64,000 nucleotides of DNA from Nageia nagi (taxonomy: Eukaryota; Plantae; Pinophyta). The DNA lies in contig JBITNC010000002.1 in assembly GCA_050084985.1 (NCBI GenBank), forward strand, positions 23,622,001 through 23,686,000, in the 5' to 3' direction. The position numbers were made by a program, and so were the translations under genes. The notes below the pieces were generated by a model, which was given only the letters and a program-made list of their open reading frames with translations, was not told the DNA's origin and searched no databases. Shown piece after piece: positions 28,450 through 41,930 of the stretch (the stretch's first letter is position 1; every line of letters begins with the position of its first letter).

Positions 28450-31400
28450 GTTCAATACATCTAAGTGAATTTTCATAATTTCTTCCATTTTTCTTACAAC
28501 TTGCTAAGGTCACTAGAATTTCCCTATCTAAATAATAGGGATATCCCTATAATTGGATTAATCTTAATGATTCTTTGTATAGAGCATAGTTTTCTAGCTT
28601 CCCAAATGATCATTTTAGATCCCAACCTTGATATACTTCAATTCCAATAATCACCCAAGTTACCTCCTTGAGAAATATGTATTCCCATGTCAGAGCTACA
28701 AAGAGAATATCCTATCACATATGTAACAATTGAGATAATGTTGAGTACGATGTAGCGGTGTTGTCATTATTTTCAACATGATAATGTCAGTGCGCATATA
28801 GTACCCATGGTTGCACATTTCAAAGGAATGACATCGATAAGATTCACAAAGTTGTCAAATGCAAAAACAACAAAGGGACCAAAAGTTGTCATAAGGTACC
28901 AAAAGCTATCAAGGGGGCCAAAACATAAATGGAAAATGAAATATGATTAGAGATGGTTTGGATAGGTTTTTGGGGTGATGACAAAGTTTTGTGCAACATT
29001 GGAATGGTCAGATTCCATGTCAATTTGATTCATGCACTCTTGTGGATTTTGGAGTAGTCAAAAATCTAGGTGAAATTGGCTTCATGAAAGTAAAATTACA
29101 AGCAAATAGTGATGATTCAATGGCTAAAATTTAAATCAAATATAGTACTATATACCACAAATATGTGGCCCAAATTTTGAATCAAGAAGGTGATCGAGGT
29201 GAAAATGGTACAAGCTGCAAAATGCAACTTTGTAACTTTTTATAGTTCTGAGCATGATTTTTGGCCATCATGGAAATACTTAGATGGCTATTTTGGGCTC
29301 TTGACATCTTCAAATTTAGAATTTAAAATTTTGTACACATATAACATGGTGAGATGAGCAACTTTTTCCTTTTAAATTTTTTTCAAAAATGCCCCAAAGT
29401 ATAAGAAATATAAATATGCACAAAACTAAGCATGTGAAGTGTTTGAAAAAATGCCTATGAAATCTTCATCGAAGGACACTTTATGAGAAGTGTTGTGTGC
29501 AAACTATGAGGAGTTAGACCTTAAAATATGAAAAAAAATATAATCTAAATTTCATGTTAAACCATGCACCTAGTAAGAAGTTATAACTCATCAAAATGCC
29601 TCCAGAGCTCTTTTTTCCTATTTCCTAGCTTTGGCATATGCATTGTTTGACAAAATACCTTTGGAGTTTTTATGATAAAATTTAATTAAGTATTGCACTA
29701 CACAGGAGTGCAATGTGTTTGATGAAATGTCCAAATGGATTTTAGTGGCAAGAAAGAAGGAATATTAGGTATTGTTTGATGAAATGCTCCTCCTCTTATT
29801 TTATGACATGTGGCATATTAAATTAGCTATTACACAAATGAAAAATATATGGAATGTATAGTGGAGAAATAAAAAAATACAAAAAATAATTATTTCCAAG
29901 GAATTTTTTAGAGAACCCATGAGTGGTGTGAAGAGAAAAATTGAAGATATATTTCCCAACAACATAAAAGAAGTGAGAGCTATGTAATTTTTATTTTTGG
30001 ATGTGCAGCAAGGAAATGAATAGATGATACATTCTTGGAATACCTAGAAAAAGATGTTTCATATTGAAGTCTCTTCATATTCAAAATCATGACAATGCTT
30101 GAAAGGTTTTTTAATGTGCACAGTTTGGTAGTCAGTTTACTTGTGTACATGGTATTGGATCTCATCTTCACGGAGTAGCATATGCAATGAGTCAAGAGCA
30201 TCTTATCAGTAATGAGTTTTAGTTTTTCTTTGTGATAAGACAATGATTAATATTCTAAGTGTTATAAATCCATTTTATCTATTTATTTTTGGACAAGTGT
30301 GAGAAGTGTGTGTGTGTAGAAATAATTGAGAGTGTGTGTGGAGTATTGATGAGAAAAAGTGAGTAAATAAAAGAGTGGACAAAGGCAGTATTTTGAGTTG
30401 GATCATTTATAATCTTGTGTGAACTGTAATCAATCATTTATCTTCTTTGTTTGAGTTCATCAAGTGGGTGCTTAGCGAGAAGAGTCGATGCTCCTAGCAG
30501 TTGGTGTGCTCCTTGCAATTGGTGCTGTAGAATGATAAAGTAGTTGATGCTATTCCTTGCAATGGGCACTACAAAATATTGTAACATGTTTATGGTTGGA
30601 TTTTGATTAGAGTCCAAGAATTCATTTTTAGGGATGTAGCCAAACTGGTGAACCTCGTTACATCTTATATTATGTATTATTTTTGATGTACTTGCTCATT
30701 TTATTTCAATTTTGCATCTCCTTGATTTCAAAAGTGAAAAATTTGTATTTAGTTTTTACACACACTGATTCACCCCCCTTTTAGTGTCAAACAAAGTTCA
30801 ACAAATAATTCTTAGAAGTAGGTTGGAAATGTTAATACCAAATATTTTGGATTTAAATTATATAATAGATTTCCTTAACACCAATTAAAAAGAGAATAGA
30901 ATCCCTTTGATTCTTATTATTTTTTGACATATCAAAAAGGTAGATAGCAAGTGTCAACACCAAACTAAGAGTATGTAATAGGCTTAAATCTTTTGTTGAT
31001 GATGATGTATTTAAACTTACCTTGTAATTGCATACGTTTTTATACACCTCCTTGATGAATCATTAGAATGAAAAATGAAATAGTAGGGGCATAGATGGTC
31101 CCTTTGTCTTATTCCTTGAGTAGTTTTAAAATATCCCTTAGAGAATCCATTCATATGAATGGAAAAGTGGTGATCATTAAAAAGTGAGGAAATCCACTAA
31201 ATCTAGGCTTTATCAAAGCCAAATTTATGAAAGAATTAGAGAAGAAACTATTAATTTAGTTTATCAAAAGGACACTCATATCTTGTTTAATATAGAGGTC
31301 TATAATCTATTATTTATTAATTAAATGGATCAATTCATTGATAAATGCAACACCATTCAATAGGCATCTCCCATTGAAAAATGATCTTTGCTCTTCTGAG

Positions 31401-32000
31401 ATGATTATTGAAAGAACAACCTTGAGAGTATCTAATGCAACTTTAGAAATGATTTTATAGAATGCATTGTAAAAGGAGATGGACATTCTAAAAGAGTTAA
31501 TAGTTTTTACACATTCCAATTTAGGTATCATATCAAGGAAGTTGATGTTTACTTTCCTTAGCATTTTTTTTAGAAATAAATAATTCACTTTCTACCACTA
31601 CAATCTCATTTTTTAAAAGCTACCAAAAATGTTTAAAGAATTGAAGGGATGAAGCCTTTCAAACATAGAGATCCAAAAACTTTGATTTGAAAGAGGGCTT
31701 GTTAAACTTTCTCCTCTTTAACATGATTGGTAGGGACCTAATTTTGAGTATGAGAGATAAGCTTAGGAATGTAAATATCCATTATTTCTTAGGTTATCCA
31801 ACACTCTATCTCCTATTTAACAAATGTTTAATGAAAGGAAGAGATAACATATTCTTTCGAGACCTCTTCAAAAGAAATAATTACTCCCTCTTGAGTATCC
31901 ACTGATGTGATTCTTTTATGTTTCCTCTAAGGAATAGTAGCAAAATGGAATAACTTTTTATTCTTGATGTAGAAGCATTTATTGAAATCCAGTATTCAAT
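28450..32000 (-). mobile_element. L1-like LINE RT fragment split by a solo LTR
   Basis: ORF 31310-31588 (IPK..SFR.SISFYNAFYKIISK..IISEEQRSFFNGR); SQGIRQRDHLCPYYF (RGLRQGDPLSP motif) at ~31080-31120. Confidence 0.8.
28739..30803 (+). mobile_element. ~2.07-kb solo LTR, Sirevirus/SIRE-like
   Basis: TGTTG...CAACA termini; TSD gataa/aataa; C-rich attcacccccct motif near the 3' end; no flanking PBS or PPT. Confidence 0.75.
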
Positions 32001-32394
32001 CCATAAGTGCTATGAAAAATCCTATGTCACTTCACTTTTTCTAGAGAGAGTAGGTTTTTAAGTATGTAGGTGGTCTTTAGGCAAGCACTATAGTTCATCA
32101 ATGTTCAAGCATTTATTTTATCTAATAGTTAGAATTTATGACATCATCAACAGTTGAAACCACTTTGTAAAATAACAAGAAATCTATATGGAAATCAATG
32201 TGGAGGTCGCTATAAGGAGGAGGGAGAAAAATAGTAAATGTAGGAAAACCACAAATAGGTATAAGTTATAGATAATAATAAGTGATAGAACTCAACATTA
32301 GGATGAGGTATCACAAGGTGGAATTTTGAAATAAATAATGCATGGGAGGCCAACAAGATAGATTAAAAAATACAAAATGACTAAAAATCATCTT

Positions 32395-35250
32395 ACTAGA
32401 GGGGCCATCGATTCATGCAATTTTTTCCTTTGGGTGTATATTTTTTCCCTAAATAATGTCAATGAATAGAATTTGAAGATTAATGCATTTTATAAAAAGA
32501 GAAGAGATGGCTCTTTATTGTTGTAAATCCTTTATATCCTACATAATAAGAGATTAGCATGCAATCCCAAATTAAACCTCAAGATCTAGATTTCTTATTC
32601 ATTTAGATGTTTGCTAGAGTTCATTTTGTGCTCAAATGACCATGTTGTGGATGGATTATGGAGTGTATTTGATGTTCTTAATAGTTAGATATATAGGGAA
32701 ATACCTCCAAAATAGATCATGCTAAAATCATATTTAAGCTAAAATCATCCTATAGTTTCATGTATACATGTTCTACACAAATGATATAAATAAGCAAATC
32801 TATACTAATTGATAGGTGGATACAAATGCTCTACTTGTTCTCCAAGACTTGGAAAACCCTCATACAAGCTACAAGATCCATGTATACATGTTCATAATTG
32901 ATAAGAGATAAACCTCCATTCCACTCAATGTGGGGTGAGATAACCTTGAAAGGGTTATTTCATGGTGGGTTTCTTATAAAAAAATTATGGTTATATGTGC
33001 TTAATGTTGTTTATGGATGCTTGATTTTAAAACTATAAATTATGGTTATAAATGTTATATGTTTCTTATGGATGCTCAATGTTTTCCTGTAAGTGCTCTA
33101 TAAAAACTCAAAAAACTTGTATGATAATGATTATGAGTCCCAAAATGATGTCCTAAATGTCCTTTCATAAGAAAAGATAGTCAGAATCATTTGAATGAGT
33201 AGAAAAATCATCCATATGATGAGGTGCTTTGTGAGTTTTATGCTATGTTATATTTTTTATGTTTAAGCTTATTTTTGATGTTTTCTACCAAGTTGTATTT
33301 TTGGGGTGTTTACAGTTGCCCCATTTTATGCTGAATCTTGCAAGCATGCAAGGCTTAGTATAAAAGCTAAACATAAATGTTTATATTTAATGTTTTGATG
33401 CTTTAATTTATGAATAATGTTTGTATGATAATTCTCAATGATATTTGCTAACTCAAATGGTGGATATATGTAGGCATGCAAACCTACCTAATGTTGGGAG
33501 ACAAGTGCTAAATGATCTCAAATATATGATCAATGTAGGATGGCCCAGTTTATAGAAATATGTGAAAATTCTTAACTTATAACATTATATGCTTAACGAT
33601 GTGACTATGATAAGGCTTATTTTTCCCTAGTTTAATGGTAATCAAAGGGATCTTACCCCAAGTTAAATAAAAAAAAAAAAGATGATGTTACTTTTCCCCA
33701 TGTTTAATGGAAAGCAAAAAAATATTGCCATATTAAATGGAAAGTGAGAGATAATGTTACTTTACCCCATGTTGAATGAAAACCAAAATGATCTTGGCCA
33801 TGTTTAATAGAAAGATAATATCATTTTCCCCACATTTAATGGAAGGCAAAGATGACAATGCCCATGATATGATCATAAGGTCCTAGAATGATAATGTTTC
33901 CTTGATGTAATGGTAAGAAAATGGATATTCTCAAAGTTAATACTATAATACAAGGATACATGATGTATTACCAATATAATAGGATTTAATGGTATTGACC
34001 TTAACTCAAGATATTGGATACCTTACCTCTCAAACAATGGAATATGGGTGAGAAAAGTGAATTCAAAAAAATATCATTATTTATTGTTAAGTGCTCATTG
34101 ATCATGGATATACCTATATCAAAAATCATATTTCATTGTTATGCCAAGTTTTCTCTCTATTTTTTTTTATGTTATTTTTATTTTCTTTTTTTATACTTGA
34201 AGGAAAACACCATGGTTAGATACAATAGATATGATAGAAGGATATGATTATGTACAATGGTTATGGTGGGCTATGTATAATGACTATGTTACAACTATTA
34301 TACACACAACTATATACAAGGATATATGTACAAGGTGGACTACAACTAGACTATATGTAAAATATATGTGCACAGATAAGGGTATGATTTAAAATGATAA
34401 GATCACAAGATTACACATAATCTAAACTTGATGAGATATGATTATTGCTCATTGATGAAGATAAAATTTGATCAAAGAAATTTACCCATGGATCTCAATT
34501 TCAATATCACTTATTCCATAAGACTATGTTTCCCTCAAAAACCATGATAGTCAATAATCCATGATCAATCCAAAAGGAATGAGTTTAAGGTAACTCAATT
34601 TTGATTATAACCAAGTGGTTATTTCATCATGGGGAATGAGGTCTATATATAATGATAATGAAAAATAGTTAAATAGAAATCAACTATGCATGCTTATGAT
34701 TATGTAAAAAAGAAAGGCACACTCAATGAAAACAAATGATCAAGGATCATGATGAGGTACAAGGGAACAAGATTAAAAAATATAAGAGAAAAAGATAAAC
34801 AATGAAGACATGATAAAAGATAAAGGCTCACAAAGTGGTATATATAATGAAAAGATAAAATGGTATGATAATATGAAAAAGATGCATGCCACACAATGAT
34901 ACCATACAAAGATGGTGCTACCAATGGATGATGATAAAGAAGCACATGATAAGTCTAAGAGATGAGTGACATTTTCCTACCCAAAAGTTTTCACTAGTGA
35001 AAATTGCAAAAGTGAAGTAGGCTCTAGTATGAACTCCTATGATCTCAATATGATAATAATCCAAGTTAATGAAATAACTAAAGTGATAATGTTCAAATAT
35101 CAAGATAAATTATAGCACTAGTGATGACATAAACACAAGAAAGAAAATGAAATTCAAAGAATTGGCTCAACCAACAAAATCATAAGACGATGGTGGATCC
35201 ACATTATGATAATCTTGATCTATGTTCGTAGAAGAACTCACTTGATTTGC
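32395..35250 (-). mobile_element. Ty3/gypsy (Tat/Ogre-like) 3' LTR (~32395-33314) plus 3' UTR remnant
   Basis: Minus-strand PPT aaaatggggcaac followed by TGTAAACACCCC at 33314; repeat-rich non-coding region to the right. Outer limits approximate. Confidence 0.55.
33618..33860. repeat. Degenerate ~33-bp-unit tandem array in the gypsy 3' UTR
   Basis: Recurrent ttttccccatgtttaatggaaag. Confidence 0.7.
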
Positions 35251-35935
35251 ATTGTAACTAGACAAATATTTATTAAAATTATCCAAATGTTGATTAGGTT
35301 ATGCAATTGCATTTACTATTGAGAATTTCCCATTATCAATAATATCTTGGGTTTCATGTTTCAATCACATGCAATTGCATTTACATAGTTTATGCAATAA
35401 TAAAAATCTCATATCTTAATAGACATTACCAAGAAATACCAATAATGAAAAGTGTATATAAGAGAGAGATAAAGTTTTAATAGTCATCTCATATATTATC
35501 TCCTTGCATAATAAGAAAAGGAATTCATATAAAATAATAATATATATCATAGATATTACAAATAAAGCATATATATCATTATTTATTTTAATATTTCTAA
35601 AGTAGAAAAGTATTTATATTTTAGGAATCATTAAGATGTCCATACATTGGGTTGTATGATTAGCTAACACTCACTATCAAACTTTCACATGGTATTACAA
35701 GGTTTTACCACATCATTGATACATTCATCCAATCAATGCATAATAATTCAATGATATTATGGTAACATCACCCTCAACTAAAGCATTGTTAACATCATAT
35801 TATCATTAATATGAAAAATATATCCCTCCCCTTTAATGATTAGTTTTCAAATTTTAAATTTTAATAAAATACTTGTAATTTACTAGGGTGATTTTTGATG
35901 TCAAAATATGTAAACTTAAATAGTTTGTAAAATGA

Positions 35936-37064
35936 GGGTATGTGCAATAAGATGAGTCCCACTTTGGAGAAAGTCTTAAGAACTTCTAGGCTTTTGTATT
36001 TGCTTAATAACTTTTTATTCTTTTAGAATTATGAAAAAAAAATATTTTACAATCTGTATATAATTCTTCAAAAGTTTAAAAAAAAAATAAAAATGATAAG
36101 TTTAAGTCAAATTATGCTTGCCATACATGAACACTTTTCGAAACAATAATTAGGGCTAATAACAAAATAAATATTGATGAAAAAATTACAAAAAAATATC
36201 CTGCACAATCTTTAGTGTCTTACATATCTTTTCCCAAAAGAATTTAGAAACATATTTTAATTTAGGTCTAATTATTCTTACTGGACATATCTTTTCCCAA
36301 AATAATTTAGAAACATATTTTAATTTAGGTCTAATTATTCTTACCAGACACAGTGGGGTATGGTCTTGAAATTATATTTTTTAAACAGTGGGTTTCATAT
36401 TTATTTAATACCTTTTTATTTTTTTAGAATTATGGACAAAATAATATGTGTACAATTTACATGCAATTTTTTAGAATTTTAAAAAAATAAAAAATGATAA
36501 GTTTAGATCAAATTATACTTATCGACATGAGCACTTTACAAAATGACAATCAAGGTTAATAAAAAAATAAGTATTCATGAAAAAATTGTATAAAATATCT
36601 ACATAATATTTAGTGTCTTAGGTATCTTCACCTAAAAGGAAATGACAATCAAGGCTAATAAAAAATTAATAAAAAAGTAAGTATTCATGAAAAAATTGTA
36701 TAAAATATCTACACAATATTTAGTGTCTTAGGTATCATCACCTAAAAGAATTTAAAAAAAAAAATTTAATTTAGGTCCAATTATATGCTTGTAGGACAAG
36801 ATGGAGTATGAACTTGAAATTTTATTTTTTAAATAGTGATTTCTAAACATGCCTATCAAATATTAATTTGTATCATCTAGGTATTAGAATAAATTACATA
36901 TTTGAAAACTAGACTTTGAGATTTACATTTTTATCTAAGTTACCTTTTTCAATATTTGTACTCTAAGTTCTTCAAATTTTGAGATCAAATTTGACCAAAC
37001 CTAAAAAATTAAGGAAAACACTTATTGTTTTTGGCCAAAAGTGGGACTCATCTTGCACTTATCC
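35936..37064. mobile_element. Non-autonomous TIR DNA transposon (1.13 kb) with internal duplications
   Basis: TIR gggtatgtgca(ata)agatgagtcccactttgg versus ccaaaagtgggactcatcttgcacttatcc; flanks atga/atga; internal ~400-bp duplication plus smaller ones. Confidence 0.8.
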
Positions 37065-38716
37065 ATGAAAACCTTAGTTAACTTTTTTTATAGATTTTGA
37101 ATGTATAATTATAATTAAAAAATTCATCATGGATCTTCAAAATTATATAATTTCTCTAAACAAAAAGTAGTTTTATATCTTATTTTATTCATAAAAAATG
37201 GTTAAGTTTTGGAACACACATTAAAAACTCTCTTTTTAAGCCCCTCTAAATATAATTCTAACATAATATCCTAGACTTCATAATTTATAGAATTATTTTT
37301 AACCTTCATTGAAAATCTTAGCTCTTCCATTCTGTTTAATAAAATTTCAAACTATCTCTATGACATATAGAATTATTCAGTAATGGGATCAATAAGCATG
37401 GGAATTTCACATAAGTAAATTGAAATATAAGAGCTTAATGCTTGAATAAATAAAGCATATAATAATTATATAGGGTATATAATTAATCCCTTTTAGATTA
37501 TCACCATAGTATGGTTCTCAAATAAGCTACAATGATAGATAAGATATATGAAAATGTTATATAGTATAAATACTCTCATCAATTCATTTTACTTAATAAT
37601 AGAAGAATTTCATAGCCACTTTTTAAATATTGACTTCCTCCTAGAAAATCCCTATAGAATCTTCAAATATTTCCCATAGAAGAAATAGTTTAATAATTTG
37701 TTTAAAACCTTTTAATCTTAAGATTTTGTTTTATAATAAGGGTAAATTATATTATCAAAAAATGATAGAGGGGTTTTTTTTGGACCTAAAATAAAATTAG
37801 CCACAAAATGGTTCCAAAATAGGAAACTATATTAAGAACCCACTATTCCATAATAACTAGATTATTCACAAATACACATAAAACACTTCAATATGAAAAT
37901 ACCAAATACAAATACCACTTACTAAAGTAACTAAATTGCTTGCACCAATTTGAAGGGGGAACCTCCTAAAGTATAAGTTCTCTTCTCAAATGAAACTATA
38001 TTTCTTGCTTACCCATTACAATAGGGAAGATCTCATATAAATAGTCTTTTGTGACCTTTCACCTTTCAAACCTATTACATGTGGAATAGATACTAATATA
38101 ACATAAATAACATGTTATGGGTTCATAACATTACCATATCCTTAAGCAACCTTTATCCTCAAAGCTTGTACATACCATACATCAAAACATAATAGCCTAC
38201 ACACATTAACATAATCCCACCACATAACACCACAAAATAGCCTATTCATATACTAAGGAGGATCATTACATAGTCGACCTATGTGAAAAGCTTTATCCTC
38301 AAAGCTTTCCAAAATATAAAGTATAATGCCTCCATAAACAATAGAGAGAGAGAGCAAAGAGCCAAGGAATTCAACTCATCTAAAGAAGCCAACAATACGC
38401 TAAATCTAAGTAGGAGCCCATATGAGTATCAAAATCCCACCAAGGTAATGATAATTTTGCTATTAAGGATTGAAAAATAATAAGAATGATCCAAAAGAGT
38501 CAACAAAGAAACCAACATGATGTTGTTACACTCTAAATCCCTTCTATGATGCTCTAAAGTATGTCTGCTATACTCTCAAATCCTGGCATGAATACTCCAT
38601 GAAATCCTACTATTCTACCATGTCCATAGGAATATAAGTGAGAGGGATATCCTCAAACTCTATAACATGCCCCTATAAACTTGAAGAAACTAGATCCACC
38701 TCATATGAACTAATAT

Positions 38717-39210
38717 TGTTAGAATTTGTAATGAAATATTGTGAATATCTAAACTCCTTGTAAGTTCAATTAATCACTTAAAGGATATGTAGATACCTTA
38801 AGGGATTAATTGAATTCTTTATTATGTGTGGACTTTGACCTAACCATGGGGTTAGTTGGTAGGTTAAAGTTAGGTCACACATTTATTGTAACCCTAACCT
38901 AACCCTTGGGTTAAAGGGAGGTTAGGGAGGTGCTCTCAAGCTATAAATAGAGGGCCTCTCCTCTTGTAAACACATCTAAGTTTTGGAGTAAGATTACTCT
39001 ACTAGGTTGTGTAGGAGAGAGCAAGAGAATAGTTGTAAGAGAGGCATAGATTAAGAATAGAGAACTAGTTGTGGATGTACTCCCAAGGAGGGAGGAACCA
39101 CATTATATTGGTGTCATATTGTGTGAATGATGTTCTTAGAATTGTAGATGATGAATGATTTAGCTTCCTAGTCTTGGACCTTGGGAATTAGATCTAGGCT
39201 AATTCCATTA
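38717..39210 (+). repeat. 5' LTR of D (TATA box ctataaata at 38941)
   Basis: Direct repeat of 47180-47673. Confidence 0.98.
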
Positions 39211-39713
39211 AGTGGTATCAGAGCTTGGTGTGGAAGCTCTTCTTCTACATTTTGGAGGTTCTTCATCCTTCTCAAATTTAGAGATCTTAATCCTAATCTT
39301 CTTGGTGAGGTAAATTCAAGAGAAGGTATAACCTCCTTCATATAATCTCCTTCATTTTTTTTAATTTTTGGCTTATGCACTAATGATACTAACATTATTT
39401 GCTATGTGTTGAGCTCATTTTTTTTATTTGGGCAATACATGGCTAACAAAATTGTAATATGATGTTCCTTGTTTGTTATTATTACTTATACTAATCTTTT
39501 TTTTACTTGCAATTTTTACAAATTGCTTAAATTGCTACATTTAAAAAAAAAAGGTTAGTATACAACATTTGAGAAATATTACAATTTTTTTTACTACTCA
39601 AAAGAATAAAAGGAGGACTTTACTTTATTTACAAGTTTTTGAAATACTTACATAGTATTTTTTATATAAGGAGGATTTTTAAATTATCAATTTGTATATA
39701 AATAAAAAAAAGG

Positions 39714-40323
39714 GGATATGCACAAATCGGATATATTGAAAGGGTCTGGGAACTGTTTGACAAAATGTACTCAATTTAATATTTCAGACTCGAGAACTCA
39801 ATTAATAGATAATATGCATATAGAATGTTGAAGCTGTGTTCCTGGAATACATTTTTTTGGCATACATGCATTAGAAAGTTAGTCTAAAATGTAAGCTTGC
39901 AGGACCAGCATTTGGTAATGTGCCTTGTGTATCACATTAAAAAAAACTAGTTTCACTTTTAAGTGATCGCACGGTGACCAGCCTTATTTGATGAGATGCC
40001 TGCGAAGTTTTTCGACTGTATGACTGAACGAGACATCTTCTCATGGAAGTTGAAGACATGGCTTTCCTCGATAGGTAATGACACTATTTCACCAAATGCA
40101 ACAAACACCAGCAGTAGTCCAACCAGATCATTTCACCTTTTCCATCGTCGTCAAAGCATGCACAAAACTGGGAGATTTGGAACAGGGTTTATACATACAT
40201 GAAAGACTCTTTAAAACCGGATTTCTGTCACATGTTGTAGTTTTGAATGCCATGGTAGACATGTATGCAAAACTTGGAAGCGTAGGGAAGTCACGTGAAT
40301 TATTTCATGGACTGCAAGATCGC
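39714..40323 (+). pseudogene. Captured PLS-class PPR gene fragments inside the D leader
   Basis: GYAQIGYIERVWELFDKM (from 39714); LFDEMP; FFDCMTERDIFSW; TLFHQMQQ..VQPDHFTFSIVVKACTKLGDLEQGLYIH..VVVLNAMVDMYAKLGSVGKSRELF. Confidence 0.92.
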
Positions 40324-40474
40324 ATGATGGCCTCCTCCCTCGCCAACTGCGACCTGGTCTCCCTCACGTGCATTGACTAACTCCTCCCTCACCAGCAACC
40401 TCACCTCCCTCTGCCTACTTCTCCCTCGCATGCAGTAGCCTCCTCCCAACCTGCGACCTCTCCTCTACAGGTGA

Positions 40475-40596
40475 GAAGACAGAGTTACATGGCAGACATT
40501 GTTATAGTAACTGGGCCTCCATGTATCGGATAGGTGGAAATGATGGCTCTTGTGTTCTCAAGAGCTGCATGGCGCTATGCATGGTACATGATCCAG
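40475..40596 (+). pseudogene. Captured DUF707-family gene fragment inside the D leader
   Basis: TGPPCIG*VEMMALVFSRAAWRYAWYMIQ matches the plant DUF707 signature PPCTGWVEMMAPVFSRAAWRC.WYMIQ as I recall it. Confidence 0.85.
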
Positions 40597-41452
40597 GCCA
40601 AACTTGGTAACTCTAGGCTCCACTGGATAGATAGAGCTGCATGGCATCGTGCACCTTGCTTGGTCGCCCTTGCATGCCAGCCTTCTGCCCACACCTCCTC
40701 TTCCTCCCTTGCCGACTGCACCTCTCCCTCCTCCCTCACCATCTCATCTACTCTTACGAATGGCCACCATCACCTCCATTGCTGACCTTGGACTCCCTCC
40801 ATTAGCTGTCTTCTAGTGCCTCCATGAAGGTCCTCCTCCTTCCCATGGTCAAGTGTGATGGCTGCCAAACATTTGCAAGTCCTCCTTGTCATTTAATTCA
40901 CTTAGATGCATTAAGTTTGTTTTGTTGACCACCTACATTTTTGCACTTCCAAAAAGCAACGTATGCTCTTCTTGAAGAAAAAGGGGGGTCATAATTTTAC
41001 AACTACAAAGCATTTAATTTTTTTTTTGACTTAAGAGTATTTTTAGTGGTTAAGGTAGACAAAGCATTAAAATTGCATGAAGTAGGGGTATGGGTCTCCT
41101 ATTACAACTTGCACACATATACCTCTTAGGTATTTAATTTTTTTTTAACTTACTTGCTTACAAGTCAAATTGCTCCCATTAAATGCACTTAGGAGTACTT
41201 AGAATAATTCTAATATTTTACTCAAAATTGCATGTTTAAAATTACTAAAAGTGCACATGCAATTTTTTAATGCTAACCTCTTAGCATTTTTTGTAAGCAT
41301 ATTAATTTAGCCTAAGCATGCTATTTTTTAAGTAAATAAGGGAAAATGTTTACTTAAAATGCATACTTATAAGACAAGTCTTAGCATACAATTTTTTTTA
41401 GGGATAAAACTTTAAGTGAAAAGGGGGAAATTGGTATAATTTTTACTTAAAT

Positions 41453-41606
41453 TTTATCTAGATGCTATACTTGTGATGCATGTCTCTTTATCTTGTAAAC
41501 CTTATCTAGATATTGCATGCTAGACTTATGATGCATGTCTCTTTATCTTATAAACTTTATCTAGATGTTGCATGCTAGACTTATGATGCATGTATCTTTA
41601 TCTTGT
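41453..41606. repeat. ~55-bp tandem repeat x3 in the D leader
   Basis: ttatctagat.ttgcatgctagacttatgatgcatgtctctttatctt unit. Confidence 0.9.
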
Positions 41607-41930
41607 TAATGCATAATGCATGATTACTTAATTTTTTTTTAAGTCATGGAATAATGCATGTTATGAATTAAATACTAAGTAGGACTTAGGTCTTTTGTTT
41701 AATTCATTAAGTGCTTGAATATATTGAGCAAAATATACGAAATATAAAAATCCTTTAGGGGTTAGTACAAAACCCATTGGATTTTTTAAGGTTTTTTCAA
41801 GCTTGTGTGGATGATGCAATTTTACTTTACTTTATATTTTTGCACAATTTGCTTATACTTGCAAAAATGCAAATATTGAAAAGTAACCCCTAAAATGAAC
41901 ACATCCGCACGTATTCTTCCACAACATGAC

